Below, piece by piece: positions 48,117 to 57,546 of a DNA stretch of 64,000 nucleotides. Location of the stretch: the IMG/VR virus record IMGVR_UViG_3300034279_001265. One strand, written 5' to 3'. A model generated the notes under the pieces. It did no database searches, was not told where the DNA came from, and worked only from the letters and a program-made list of their open reading frames with translations. The translations under genes and the position numbers were made by a program. Within the stretch, counting starts at the first letter, position 1, and the number at the start of each line of letters is the position of its first letter. Source of the DNA: an uncultured virus (IMG/VR IMGVR_UViG_3300034279_001265). Taxonomy: Duplodnaviria > Heunggongvirae > Uroviricota > Caudoviricetes.

Positions 48117-49682
48117 TTAACAGGAAGTAACAGATGGGTTTAGTACTACTGATGTAGAACTCAAAGACACTACACACGAAAATGTTTTTAGTTCTGGAGT
48201 ACAATGATTACTTGTGCATTCTTTAAAGCGTTCTCCCACATACGTGTATGTGCCAGAAGATTGACCTGTAGGAATTATAATTGAAACGTCATCTGTAGCA
48301 GGACTTGGGCAATTACCAGTAACAGCAAATCTTAGCACAGCAGTAATTGCAGGACCAGTGTTTACAACAACTTGTCCTGTTGCAGGACTATAAAGTGTAA
48401 TAACAGCTGCACGTTGAGTAGCAGGAAGATTCTCATTATTACAAGGATATGTTATCTGAGCTGTTGTAGTTTGATCAGCAACACCCAACCTATACAAAAT
48501 GGAGTTTAATCTAACCGGTCCAATAGCGTAACCATTTTCTGAATTGCCACAAGTGTAAACGGCATGTACTTCAGCAATATAAAACTTGGAAGTGTTTCCA
48601 ACATTTGTAAAAACATGACTTGTTGCTGGATGATTTACTGTAGCTGTTGCAACAGGGCTACCTACTTTTGCAATACCATTCCACTCTGTAATTGTAACTA
48701 CATATGCCATAGGATCTTCATAAGGCCCTGTTAAAGGATGATTCCAAGTAACAGTACACCCTGTTGAAGTAAGAGTAGTTATTTGTACATTGCTTGGAGC
48801 AATAGTTACGCACTCAGTTACTCCGGTTACAATTAAACTTTGCACTGCACAACGCATGTCGCAAATGGTAAGCCACAGGTTATTGAGAGAATCTGAAACT
48901 GTAACCGGTGTTGCAACCCAACCTGGCAAAGCAGACATCAATAATTCTTGATCGCACAACTGAGACGCTTGGTCAAGATCTGGGCACTCTTTGTTAATAG
49001 CAGCTGTTAGTGAAGCAAGACTTCCTAGCAAAGACTGTAATTGACAAAATTTTTGTTCAAAGTTAGAAAATGCTGTTGCGATCGGAAGTGTAAGACCATA
49101 CGAAGTACCACTAGCACATTGTGTAGTGACAGTAATTGTAGGAGGTGTAGCTTCACTTAATTCTTCAAGTGTGTTTTCAACAGTTGTAACTCTTGTGGTT
49201 AAAGAGGTAAGCGCTGACTGCACACTTGCAATTGTAGTGAGAATTGTACAAATTCTATCTGCAAGATATGCACTGTAAGCATTTGGAAGTAACTGAGTTA
49301 TCTGATCTCCATTTTGCGTAAAGTAAAGACATGCAGGCAATGCTATTGGACTAGCAGGAGAAGAAGTTGTTGTACCACCACAACAGTTATCTTCAATATT
49401 ACAAACCTTATTAATCAACTCTTGCAATACTTCCAAAAGTGTATTAGGAGTTTGTGAGCTTTGATCAACTATGCATTTGAAATCAAGAGATGTCACATCA
49501 ATTACACCTATCGTGCTTTCACAAAGCAACTCTGCAAGTTGATGCACAACACTGTCAATAGAATCTCCTTGGCAAACATTAATGCAAGGAATGTCTGGAC
49601 CATTCCAAATAACGCATGTAGATGCCACAGGTATGCATGCATCCTTTGCGTTTATACTAGTATTGCTATTAACAGGTATCAT
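48117..49682 (-). CDS. Cys-rich fibre-like protein with coiled coil and FN3 domain (521 aa)
   Basis: CVIWNGPDIPCIN module; heptad LTSLTTRVTTVENTL; intact FN3 (APSNVQIT...VTWNHP...YIAEVHAVYTC). Confidence 0.7.
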   Translation of the reverse strand: MIPVNSNTSINAKDACIPVASTCVIWNGPDIPCINVCQGDSIDSVVHQLAELLCESTIGVIDVTSLDFKCIVDQSSQTPNTLLEVLQELINKVCNIEDNCCGGTTTSSPASPIALPACLYFTQNGDQITQLLPNAYSAYLADRICTILTTIASVQSALTSLTTRVTTVENTLEELSEATPPTITVTTQCASGTSYGLTLPIATAFSNFEQKFCQLQSLLGSLASLTAAINKECPDLDQASQLCDQELLMSALPGWVATPVTVSDSLNNLWLTICDMRCAVQSLIVTGVTECVTIAPSNVQITTLTSTGCTVTWNHPLTGPYEDPMAYVVTITEWNGIAKVGSPVATATVNHPATSHVFTNVGNTSKFYIAEVHAVYTCGNSENGYAIGPVRLNSILYRLGVADQTTTAQITYPCNNENLPATQRAAVITLYSPATGQVVVNTGPAITAVLRFAVTGNCPSPATDDVSIIIPTGQSSGTYTYVGERFKECTSNHCTPELKTFSCVVSLSSTSVVLNPSVTSC

Positions 49683-49903
49683 TACAGTGTATTGATTTTT
49701 TCTTCAATAGTAGACAACCCACAACAAAAGACTCTATTGCAAGATTTCATTTCTAATGCTCTTTCATGTATCTCTTTAAGATCACTAAGCATATCAGCAC
49801 TATACGTCACTTTGCATTTTTTAATGCCGTAACGCTTTTTTTTGTACGCCGTGTAAACAGCATCCGCAAATAGTTTATTAATACTGACAGCTGCTGAGTT
49901 CAT
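49682..49903 (-). CDS. Small basic Cys-containing structural protein (73 aa)
   Basis: Translationally coupled on both sides by 1-nt stop/start overlaps. Confidence 0.6.
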   Translation of the reverse strand: MNSAAVSINKLFADAVYTAYKKKRYGIKKCKVTYSADMLSDLKEIHERALEMKSCNRVFCCGLSTIEEKINTL

Positions 49904-50079
49904 CAGGATGTTTTCTTAAAAGGATAAAAACTTTGCAACCCATCTAAGGAAGTTTTATTCTCAATTTGCTTAAGACCTTGTTCATAGGCTGTAATGCAAT
50001 TTGAGCATACTTGAGCTCCATTTGACGCGGTCTTTAACTCACAAGAACAGTTAAGTTTACTTTGACAGTTTGGACACAT
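49903..50079 (-). CDS. Small Cys-rich protein (58 aa), missed by the ORF track
   Basis: MCPNCQSKLNCSCELKTASNGAQVCSNCITAYEQGLKQIENKTSLDGLQSFYPFKKTS; fills the gap; TGATG overlap with the next gene; CxxC, CxC and CxxC motifs. Confidence 0.75.
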   Translation of the reverse strand: MCPNCQSKLNCSCELKTASNGAQVCSNCITAYEQGLKQIENKTSLDGLQSFYPFKKTS

Positions 50080-50093
50080 TTTAGTATTGGTTA

Positions 50094-50657
50094 TTAGTTA
50101 TGACATGATACACACGCACCTGTCATGTATGATCTTAAAAGTTTTTCAGCATACGCAAGCATTTCTACACCTTGTTTAGGAGCATGACAATACTCTGCTT
50201 TTGCCTTAGCTGCATCAATATACATTTTAATATAACGCAGATCATGAAGTTTTTGATGCTGCTCTGGACCAGGTTCACAAGGTTCAAGCTGAACCTTACA
50301 AATTTCCTGGTGATACATGTTTACAATGTTTGTTGTCCTCAAGTGATAGTATTCTACAAATACTTTGTCATTTGGTGAAACACTGTAACGAATTTTGTAA
50401 AGACCATCTGGAAGACTCACAGGTGTGTCTGACAAAGGATGTTGTAACCCCAAGTCTATAGCGTTAAGGTTTTTGACAAAATCAGCTTGTAGATCGGTGT
50501 AGTATTTTGGTACCAAAAAACCTGGAAGCCATATGTCCAATCGTGGACAATCTACATCTAGACCCTGAGCATACACAGATGCATCCCAGATGCGAAGAAT
50601 AGTATCACATGCTGTGTCAGGAATGTCTAGCGCAAGTGTGTGTCTGATAGTTGCCAT
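50094..50657 (-). CDS. Tail hub/fibre-docking-like structural protein (187 aa)
   Basis: LRIWDASVY, LPDGLYKIRYSVSP and a C-terminal helical Cys-containing region; follows the auxiliary capsid gene. Confidence 0.55.
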   Translation of the reverse strand: MATIRHTLALDIPDTACDTILRIWDASVYAQGLDVDCPRLDIWLPGFLVPKYYTDLQADFVKNLNAIDLGLQHPLSDTPVSLPDGLYKIRYSVSPNDKVFVEYYHLRTTNIVNMYHQEICKVQLEPCEPGPEQHQKLHDLRYIKMYIDAAKAKAEYCHAPKQGVEMLAYAEKLLRSYMTGACVSCHN

Positions 50658-50661
50658 AATA

Positions 50662-50684
50662 AAACCTCTACATTAGAATTTACA
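50662..50684 (-). promoter_or_regulatory. Repeated upstream motif copy (candidate late promoter)
   Basis: Minus strand TGTAAATTCTAATGTAGAGGTTT, directly after a terminator and before the ATG at 50657. Confidence 0.5.
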
Positions 50685-50701
50685 AAATTTTTAGGGTAAA
50701 A

Positions 50702-50745
50702 GCAAAAAAGGAGGGAAGAGAATTGACCCTTCGCCTCCTTTTTGC
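50702..50745 (-). terminator. Intrinsic terminator after the 454-aa gene
   Basis: Inverted repeat GCAAAAAGGAGG...CCTCCTTTTTTGC with a U-tract on the minus strand. Confidence 0.8.
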
Positions 50746-50766
50746 AATTACAATTGTTTGTAAGCC

Positions 50767-52131
50767 TTAAAGCTGTACTGCAAGTTGTACGTGATTACCG
50801 GCGCTAGTTAGCAAAGCGTTCATGTAAGTCTCAAAAGGAGTGCTCCGAGCAGACACAACAATCTTTACCAAATACTGGTCAGCATCCATCGTTCCAGATG
50901 GGTTGCTCGTGCGAGGTACACTGTGCAAAATGTGATACGCAAAGTAACGAGTACTGCGGCTCAAATCAGACAATGTGGTGTCATCCAATACTTCACGCAT
51001 GCGTGGATCAGTTTGGAATGGCTCCTGAGCATAACGCTTAGAAAGAATAAGTTCACGAATCAATGTTTCACCAAAACCTTTGCCTTGATATGCAGTCTGC
51101 AATTCAGTGACAGTAAAACAAGAAGTTTGACAAGGATCACCTTCAGTGTCTACAACAGCAGCATAAATTTGAATAGGCTCAAGTTCATAATGATCCATTG
51201 GAGAGAAAGAGCAGTTGCCAAATGTAGTGTCAACATAGGCACCAGTCAAAACCAACATTGCGTCATTGGTATCAGGAAGAGAAGCACCTGTTTCAAGAGT
51301 GTAACTAGAAGTCAAAACTTCCTCGTATACTTTCAAAGCAACAGTATCACCAGCGACTGTAGCAGCTTTGCTCAAGGTCAGTGTACCACCAGAAACACCA
51401 GTAATAAAGGTATTTTGTGGGATACCAGTACCAGTGATCATCTGACCGGCAGCAAGTCCTGCAGGAGTAGTTCCACCTGAGCCAGATGTAGTGTCAATGG
51501 TCAATGTAGTGCTGTTAGTAGTAGCAGCGGCAGCAAAACCTCCAACTTTAAAGTTGAAAACTTTTGCATTGACAAACTCTTTCATAATGGGAGACTCGTT
51601 GATCTGGTCTTTCCACTGAAGCAGTACACCTACAGGATCTGCGTTGTTGTTGCTTGAATCACAGCAAGGAGTTTTTGCATCAAGCGTCTGATACAAGTTA
51701 TGAGTCAGAAAACGCAGTGCAGGTGAACCTTTTACGTCAAGACGCAGACGATAGGTGGTGTTACAGGCAATACTTGTACAATTAAGAACAGACACACCAA
51801 GAACCTCATTGACAGGTGCAGCAGGCTCAGTAACGTAAAAAGCACTGACGTACTTTGGGTTGATGCCTTTTGACTTTACAGTCTCTTTGTATCCACCATG
51901 GAAAGGACCAATCTTGTCGGTAGTGTGAAAACTACCCTGAGCAAGATAAAAAAGTGGATTGCCTGAACTACCTGTGTAGGTGGGAGTACCTCCAAGGTTT
52001 TGAATTTGGTGGTCAGAAGCTCTGACAACGCCAATTTGGCCAGCAGTCAACGTAAGAGTAGTGCCGGGAGTAGTGTTGAAACCAGCGGTTCCAACAAGCA
52101 TTTTTTGAAATGCGTGGGGAAAATAAGCCAT
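50767..52131 (-). CDS. Auxiliary capsid / major structural protein (454 aa)
   Basis: Thr/Gly-rich; downstream of MCP and ring genes; followed by a strong terminator; contains a small inserted beta domain (GQMITGTGIPQNTFIT...LSKAAT). Confidence 0.55.
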   Translation of the reverse strand: MAYFPHAFQKMLVGTAGFNTTPGTTLTLTAGQIGVVRASDHQIQNLGGTPTYTGSSGNPLFYLAQGSFHTTDKIGPFHGGYKETVKSKGINPKYVSAFYVTEPAAPVNEVLGVSVLNCTSIACNTTYRLRLDVKGSPALRFLTHNLYQTLDAKTPCCDSSNNNADPVGVLLQWKDQINESPIMKEFVNAKVFNFKVGGFAAAATTNSTTLTIDTTSGSGGTTPAGLAAGQMITGTGIPQNTFITGVSGGTLTLSKAATVAGDTVALKVYEEVLTSSYTLETGASLPDTNDAMLVLTGAYVDTTFGNCSFSPMDHYELEPIQIYAAVVDTEGDPCQTSCFTVTELQTAYQGKGFGETLIRELILSKRYAQEPFQTDPRMREVLDDTTLSDLSRSTRYFAYHILHSVPRTSNPSGTMDADQYLVKIVVSARSTPFETYMNALLTSAGNHVQLAVQL

Positions 52132-52178
52132 TTTGTTAAAAATTAAGGGTTAAAAGAAAAAAAGGGTTAAAGGGTTGT

Positions 52179-52622
52179 TTATTGTAAGAACAAGAGTTTA
52201 TACTTAGTTGAATTGATCAGACTCTTAATTAAATCAAGATCATTTACAATTTCTGAGTAAGGCATTACTGTCTGTAACTCATTAACCATTGTATATAGCT
52301 CTCTCATATAATTTACACAATCTTCTACAGAATACAAAGACCTTGGTGATTTTTCTGAAGAACAATCAAGAAGTATTTCACGTGCGCCTTGAAAACCTTC
52401 AGCAATGCTATCAACCATCCCTGGAAGTCCTTCATAAAAAGAACCAAGTGCAGTATGAGCAGCAAATGAACCAAGTCCAGTAACCTTCAAATGAAGTTTG
52501 TGAGTAGATACAGCAGCATTCATCAATTCTGACACAAGAGCTGCAGTTTTTCCCTCCAAACTATCAGCAACAGGAGTTGTCATAGGACGTTTAAGTCGGT
52601 AAGTACTTAAAGATGTTTCCAT
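52179..52622 (-). CDS. Dps/ferritin-like four-helix protein (147 aa)
   Basis: HKLHL...AAHTALGSFYEGLPGMVDSIAEGFQG resembles the Dps ferroxidase pattern H..L...Y......D..AE; ends in YKLLFL. Confidence 0.7.
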   Translation of the reverse strand: METSLSTYRLKRPMTTPVADSLEGKTAALVSELMNAAVSTHKLHLKVTGLGSFAAHTALGSFYEGLPGMVDSIAEGFQGAREILLDCSSEKSPRSLYSVEDCVNYMRELYTMVNELQTVMPYSEIVNDLDLIKSLINSTKYKLLFLQ

Positions 52623-53320
52623 TAGTTGTTTGTTTGAGCGTTGGTTTTAGTACGTTGGTACTGATTAAAAAGTTCTGTGTCACCGGCCAAAATAGAAGCT
52701 GCTTCGTCAATGATCATCTCAACAATATCATCTTTAAGTTCTGACTCCACATTTGCAGTAACAGCACCTGTAGCAGGATTTACACAATTTAGAAAACTTA
52801 CAGGAGTAGGAAACCTATAGTATGTAAGACGTGGGTTAATCACTTGAAACTCATCATTATGATAGATTCTCAAACGATTACCTTGCATCGTTACAAAAGT
52901 TTCACCCCAATCTGCACTAGGTTTTCTAAATGGATCTGAAAGCAAAGAACTAACATCTGCAACCGCTACCAAATAGCAAGTCATCATAGTATCAGGACAA
53001 CATTCTGTTCTACTATCAACTACTAACGACTTGAAATGCAAGTAATTAGATGGAAGAGTAGTTGTTTCAAAATGCAAATTCTGGTTTGTACCAGTCATAG
53101 GAAATTCTGTCAAAAGTGTTTGTAAGTCATCTATCAGCATAATGGTAGATTCATCACCTTGTTTTCTGAGATTGTTACCTTGCAACTGACGTCGCACCCA
53201 CTCTATCTGAGCCTTATTAAATGCTTCAGCAATCTGCCAACACTCAATGTTGTCATAGTCCAGAGAAGCAAGCTTGTTCAGCCGCTGCTTAATCTTTATC
53301 TGTAATAGATTGTTGTTCAT
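52622..53320 (-). CDS. Head-tail connector/ring protein (232 aa)
   Basis: RLNKLAS...FNKAQ, LPSNYLH, LTYYRFP, EMIIDEAASIL pattern of ring/adaptor proteins; two genes after MCP. Confidence 0.6.
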   Translation of the reverse strand: MNNNLLQIKIKQRLNKLASLDYDNIECWQIAEAFNKAQIEWVRRQLQGNNLRKQGDESTIMLIDDLQTLLTEFPMTGTNQNLHFETTTLPSNYLHFKSLVVDSRTECCPDTMMTCYLVAVADVSSLLSDPFRKPSADWGETFVTMQGNRLRIYHNDEFQVINPRLTYYRFPTPVSFLNCVNPATGAVTANVESELKDDIVEMIIDEAASILAGDTELFNQYQRTKTNAQTNN

Positions 53321-53338
53321 TTCTCAGTAGGGCACTGT

Positions 53339-54355
53339 TTAAGCGTTCCAGAGTTTTTCAACATTTTTGGTAATGTCGGTGAGGATTTCCTCATTGAGTG
53401 GATTCTTCAAGTATTCAACTACATCAGAAGCATTTTTACCCAGCATTGAACCACTCCTCATGTGATAGATAAAACCATCACCACGTGTAGCAATTACTTT
53501 ATAAAAGTTTGCATCTTTGACCATAGACCGCAATTTCAACGTCTCCATGTCCAAAGAAACAACTTCTAAGAAACGCTGTGCTGTTTTGCGCTTATCCTTG
53601 TCAACTGTTTCTCCGTTGATGTATTTGTCCATGTTGTCATACAAAATGTCAAGTGGCGTAGATTTTTTATACTGTGTAGAGTTAGGATCCACAACCTTGC
53701 ACACGTAAAACAACTTATTAGAGTTTTTGTCAAACAGTTTTTGCAATTCTGCCAAAGCTTTGTTGCGCATCTTTTTGACCTCAGTGCGGATAGAAGCAGT
53801 CTCTTCGTAGCGATCAAGATAAAACTTAAAAGGAATTGCTGAAGAACGTGCCTCTTCCAGACTTTTAGCGACAACAGAAAAACCTCCTGCTTCAATAGCT
53901 TTAAGTTTAATCAAGTCATAAGGATCTGAAGAAGCGTCAAGAAAAATTGGTTCATTACCAAAACGCATCACAATTTTTCCCCAAAACTCATCGTTGTCCG
54001 GACGCAGCAACCTTACTTTATTCCAGAAATCTTTGTCATCTGGATCAATAATGTTTGCTGCTAGTTCTTTTTCAAGCTGCGATACTGTCATACGAATCTG
54101 CTTTACAACAGCCTCGCGATCATCATCGTTTAACTGCTTTATTTCAGGAGCAAACTCGTTTAGTCCTGTGACATAGCGTTTGATGCCATTGTACTCCAAA
54201 CATGCTAATTGTTCCTCGTGGAACACTCCTTCAAAAAGTACCATTTGATACTTTTCAAGGCCCATGTTGGCGTTTGTATTGTCAACAAACGGTCTAACAG
54301 CAATTGTACTGTTGGTTTTAAAAGCTTGATGCTTTTCAATCATTGATACTTCCAT
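53339..54355 (-). CDS. Conserved crAss-like protein following MCP (338 aa)
   Basis: Intact ORF directly downstream of MCP; ends with VVEYLKNPLNEEIL. Function unknown. Confidence 0.6.
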   Translation of the reverse strand: MEVSMIEKHQAFKTNSTIAVRPFVDNTNANMGLEKYQMVLFEGVFHEEQLACLEYNGIKRYVTGLNEFAPEIKQLNDDDREAVVKQIRMTVSQLEKELAANIIDPDDKDFWNKVRLLRPDNDEFWGKIVMRFGNEPIFLDASSDPYDLIKLKAIEAGGFSVVAKSLEEARSSAIPFKFYLDRYEETASIRTEVKKMRNKALAELQKLFDKNSNKLFYVCKVVDPNSTQYKKSTPLDILYDNMDKYINGETVDKDKRKTAQRFLEVVSLDMETLKLRSMVKDANFYKVIATRGDGFIYHMRSGSMLGKNASDVVEYLKNPLNEEILTDITKNVEKLWNA

Positions 54356-54402
54356 AGGTTTTTAAAGGTTGGTTTTTGGTTTTTGTTTTGCTGGCAATTA
54401 GT

Positions 54403-54564
54403 AAAAAGCTCCTGAACCACGTCAAGGTTGTCAGCTCTCAGGAGAACACCTGGCTTTTACACCAGGTGGATCTGCAGGTACTACCTACAGAGAGGCACAA
54501 GGGAGGTGGAATGTGCATTTGTCTAGTGCAGGGACCAGGGAGAATCTCACTCCCTGGTTTGCAC
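54403..54564 (-). ncRNA. Candidate structured RNA element (five tandem hairpins ending in a U-tract) in the MCP 3' intergenic region
   Basis: Inverted repeats at 54526-54564, 54495-54516, 54471-54491, 54447-54468 and 54409-54444; GC-rich compared with other intergenic gaps. Confidence 0.5.
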
Positions 54565-54582
54565 AGCGCCTTCAGCAGTTGT

Positions 54583-56226
54583 TTAGAACGAACCGCCAGT
54601 GATGGGGTTCCTCATCACAATCTTAAGAACCTTGGTAGGGTCTTTCACCCAGATGGAAGGCATAGTCTGGGTCATGAATACGCGGTATCCATTAAAGTTT
54701 CCAGAAGAAGCGAACCCTTGAGTACGACCCATGTAGTCCATGGTACCGTTTTGATAGAACCATTTGAGTTCACTATCCCACTTCAACTTCAACAAGAAGA
54801 TGTTGTCGTTAGTGTTGTCAGTGATGTCAAATACAATAAAGTTGTAAGAAGACAATGGAAAACCATCAATGATAGGGTTTTCAATGTCATTGGTGTGTAC
54901 GTTGTCAAACGCTGGGTTCAACACAAACTTCACATTGGCCAAGAAAGGAATGGTGTAGCTAGTGAAAGCAAAACCAAAGTTCAAGTCCATCGCGTTGCTT
55001 CCGCTGATAGCGTTCAAACCAGACTTATCAATGTTGGCTACCAGACCGGTACCTACAGTGTTGAAAGCTTCTTTCTTGATAGCTTCATTGACCATCTTCA
55101 TACCAGCCATACCAGTTTGAACAATGATCTGACGCTGAGGATCTGGACCTTTGAACTCAACCTTACCATTGTAGAAGTTGAAGATTTCAGAACGGAACAG
55201 CTCTAGGTTGAAAGAACTCTTGTTGTAAATACGCTTGAAAGAGTTGTCAAGCTGTGACCAAAGACCTACAGACAGGCGGATATCATCTGGACCATCCTGC
55301 TTGATACGTCCACCTTGTCCCCACATGAGGTAGGTTTCAATGTCATTAGCAATTTTGGTCAAGTGAGCAGCTTCCATCTTGGTGACAAAAGAACGAGTCA
55401 AAGTTCCAGAGTCATAAGCCTTCTTGATGTATTCTTTACCCATCTTAGACACCATTGCGTCAATGTTGTTCAAAGAAGGATCTTTAGCAATGTTGGAATC
55501 AAAAGAACGCCAGATTTCAGTAACAGGTACTGTACCATCAGCATTCATACCGCCTTTCATCATCAACTCAGCACGGCTAGAAACAGAGTAATGAACGTGA
55601 GCTTCTGCGCCACCTACAAAGTTGTAGAACTCGCGGAAGCCAGCACTCAGTTCTCCGATGTCAGAGAAACGCTCTCCGTATTCTCCACGGGCAGAACCCT
55701 TGCGGAAGAACTTGGTACCAGGCTTAAGGTAGACTTTGCTCAAAGTCTTTTGGTTGTCGTTGTTCACCAACTGAACAGTGTATACGAAACCGTCACCAGA
55801 AGGAAGAATATCCTCAGCGGTAATGTAAAGTTCAGCGCCTTTGTATTTGTCGTAGGTGATGATGTCACCATGACCGAAGCTGCGCTTGTTCAATTTGATC
55901 TTGAAGGTTGTACCATCTTGACCAAGATTTGTCAAACTAGGCTCCACATCCTCTACAACGTAGGGAAGGTCCTGAACAATTGGGGTTTGCCACTTGTATT
56001 CACCGCGAGGGTTGTCTACAGTGATGGTGTTCTTGCCACCGAAAGATGCCATCTGGTAAAGAGGCATTTCTACCTTTTGGGTCATAGCCCAAAGATCAAC
56101 AGGACCCAAGTCCATGGGTTCTGCGCTCTTCAGCATATTTACCAAGTGGTAGCTGTCCACGTGCGAACTAACCTTGTAGCTAGTGTCGCGCAGGAAGAGA
56201 CCGTTGTTTAAAACTGGTGTGCTCAT
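54583..56226 (-). CDS. Major capsid protein (547 aa)
   Basis: Position after portal and scaffold-like genes; crAss-type features (EYKWQ, YLMWG, FGFAFTSY, IWVKDPTK); strong C-ending codon bias typical of a highly expressed gene. Confidence 0.85.
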   Translation of the reverse strand: MSTPVLNNGLFLRDTSYKVSSHVDSYHLVNMLKSAEPMDLGPVDLWAMTQKVEMPLYQMASFGGKNTITVDNPRGEYKWQTPIVQDLPYVVEDVEPSLTNLGQDGTTFKIKLNKRSFGHGDIITYDKYKGAELYITAEDILPSGDGFVYTVQLVNNDNQKTLSKVYLKPGTKFFRKGSARGEYGERFSDIGELSAGFREFYNFVGGAEAHVHYSVSSRAELMMKGGMNADGTVPVTEIWRSFDSNIAKDPSLNNIDAMVSKMGKEYIKKAYDSGTLTRSFVTKMEAAHLTKIANDIETYLMWGQGGRIKQDGPDDIRLSVGLWSQLDNSFKRIYNKSSFNLELFRSEIFNFYNGKVEFKGPDPQRQIIVQTGMAGMKMVNEAIKKEAFNTVGTGLVANIDKSGLNAISGSNAMDLNFGFAFTSYTIPFLANVKFVLNPAFDNVHTNDIENPIIDGFPLSSYNFIVFDITDNTNDNIFLLKLKWDSELKWFYQNGTMDYMGRTQGFASSGNFNGYRVFMTQTMPSIWVKDPTKVLKIVMRNPITGGSF

Positions 56227-56273
56227 AGGATTTTGTTGTTAAAAAGTGAATTTAAAGGGTTAAGTTATATGGA

Positions 56274-57518
56274 TTAGCGTTTGAAAATGTTTGCAGCAGG
56301 TCGCGGAATTTTCCTTGTAGGAGTTTTGTCTTCTTCCTCTTCGCTGACATTAGACGCAATTTTGCGTCCTTCTTCAGTTTTTAGTTTTCTGACAGTTTCC
56401 TGTGTTACCTCGTTTTTAGCTTGCTTTCTGATACTTTCTTTGTAATCATCAGGATCAGATAGCAACCACAGAGTTTCAGCAATAAGATCATAGCGGGGGG
56501 TTTTTCCAAATTGGTGGTCTTCCAAAAGCTTGCCCAACAAGTTTGTTGGACGTCCTGTCATACTCTGGTACTTTGCTGTTGTAAGTTCCTCCCAGAGAAA
56601 CTTCTGACGCTTAGCGTCCAGCTTAATACCGTTGACTTCAGCAGGTTTTAAGGTGTTGTAAATGTTTTCCATGTACTCTTCCTTCTTGCGCTGCTGCTCC
56701 TGACGGAACTGCTCTTGTTGCTGAAGTTTGGATTGAATCACTTCTTCTTGCATAGCATCAAGCTTTGGCTTAAACTGCTGTGCTTTTTTAGCAATGATTC
56801 CTGAATCCAACCACTCTTGGACTTGTTCTTCCATCAATTCTGCGTCACCATTTCCAAAACCGGTTGCTTGTAAATACTGTCTTACAATAACCTCCTGGTG
56901 TTCAGGTGTCGCAGGGTTAAGTTCACGCACTTCCTCAGTCTGAGCAAGTGCCCTAAATAACCCCTTGATGTCAGTGCCGCCCTTTGCTACATATTCTGCA
57001 GCATACTGCAACTCTTGAGGTAACGATTCAAAGAACTCCTTTGGAGTTTGTTCTCTGAGAGATTTCTCCCTTTCTTCCAGATTAGCAGAGATTAGCTCCT
57101 TCCAATCTTTTACAGAGTACTCATCCAGTGGTTTTTCATCATCAAAAGGAACCAGGACACCATCTTCAAAAAGTTTAGAAAATGTTTCTACCAGTCCGCT
57201 TTTGTCAATCTTTTTTCGACCAGGTTTCTGTTTTGAACCAGGAACCTCATCGTCATCTTCTAGATCTGCATCTAACTCTGCAATAGCCGCTTGAGTTGTT
57301 GCTGCACTAGGTGTTTTTTCTTTACCATCTTCGTTTCCATCACCTTCTTCTTCAAGAAAATTAAGATCTGCTGGAATATCTTTGGTAAAGAATCTTGGTT
57401 TTAAACTTTCGTCATTATCTGCTGTCACAACGCTTTCAGCCCCAGGCATTGGTAAAAAATCATCAAGGCTTTCAAGACTTACGCTGGATACAGATGTTTG
57501 TTGGTTGTTACTGTCCAT
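56274..57518 (-). CDS. Putative scaffold/capsid assembly protein (414 aa)
   Basis: Acidic disordered N-terminus and coiled-coil C-terminal half; lies between portal and MCP. Confidence 0.6.
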   Translation of the reverse strand: MDSNNQQTSVSSVSLESLDDFLPMPGAESVVTADNDESLKPRFFTKDIPADLNFLEEEGDGNEDGKEKTPSAATTQAAIAELDADLEDDDEVPGSKQKPGRKKIDKSGLVETFSKLFEDGVLVPFDDEKPLDEYSVKDWKELISANLEEREKSLREQTPKEFFESLPQELQYAAEYVAKGGTDIKGLFRALAQTEEVRELNPATPEHQEVIVRQYLQATGFGNGDAELMEEQVQEWLDSGIIAKKAQQFKPKLDAMQEEVIQSKLQQQEQFRQEQQRKKEEYMENIYNTLKPAEVNGIKLDAKRQKFLWEELTTAKYQSMTGRPTNLLGKLLEDHQFGKTPRYDLIAETLWLLSDPDDYKESIRKQAKNEVTQETVRKLKTEEGRKIASNVSEEEEDKTPTRKIPRPAANIFKR

Positions 57519-57546
57519 AAATAGGTTTAAGTTGGTTGTTTTTGTT

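Noticed and set aside
54403..54564. tRNA or tmRNA identity for the hairpin cluster
   Set aside because: No acceptor stem enclosing a cloverleaf and no canonical T-loop/CCA arrangement. The hairpins are serial.
54376..56211. Long plus-strand ORFs (276 and 298 aa) antisense to MCP
   Set aside because: Best explained as shadow ORFs caused by the strong codon bias of the capsid gene. The translations show no recognisable motifs.
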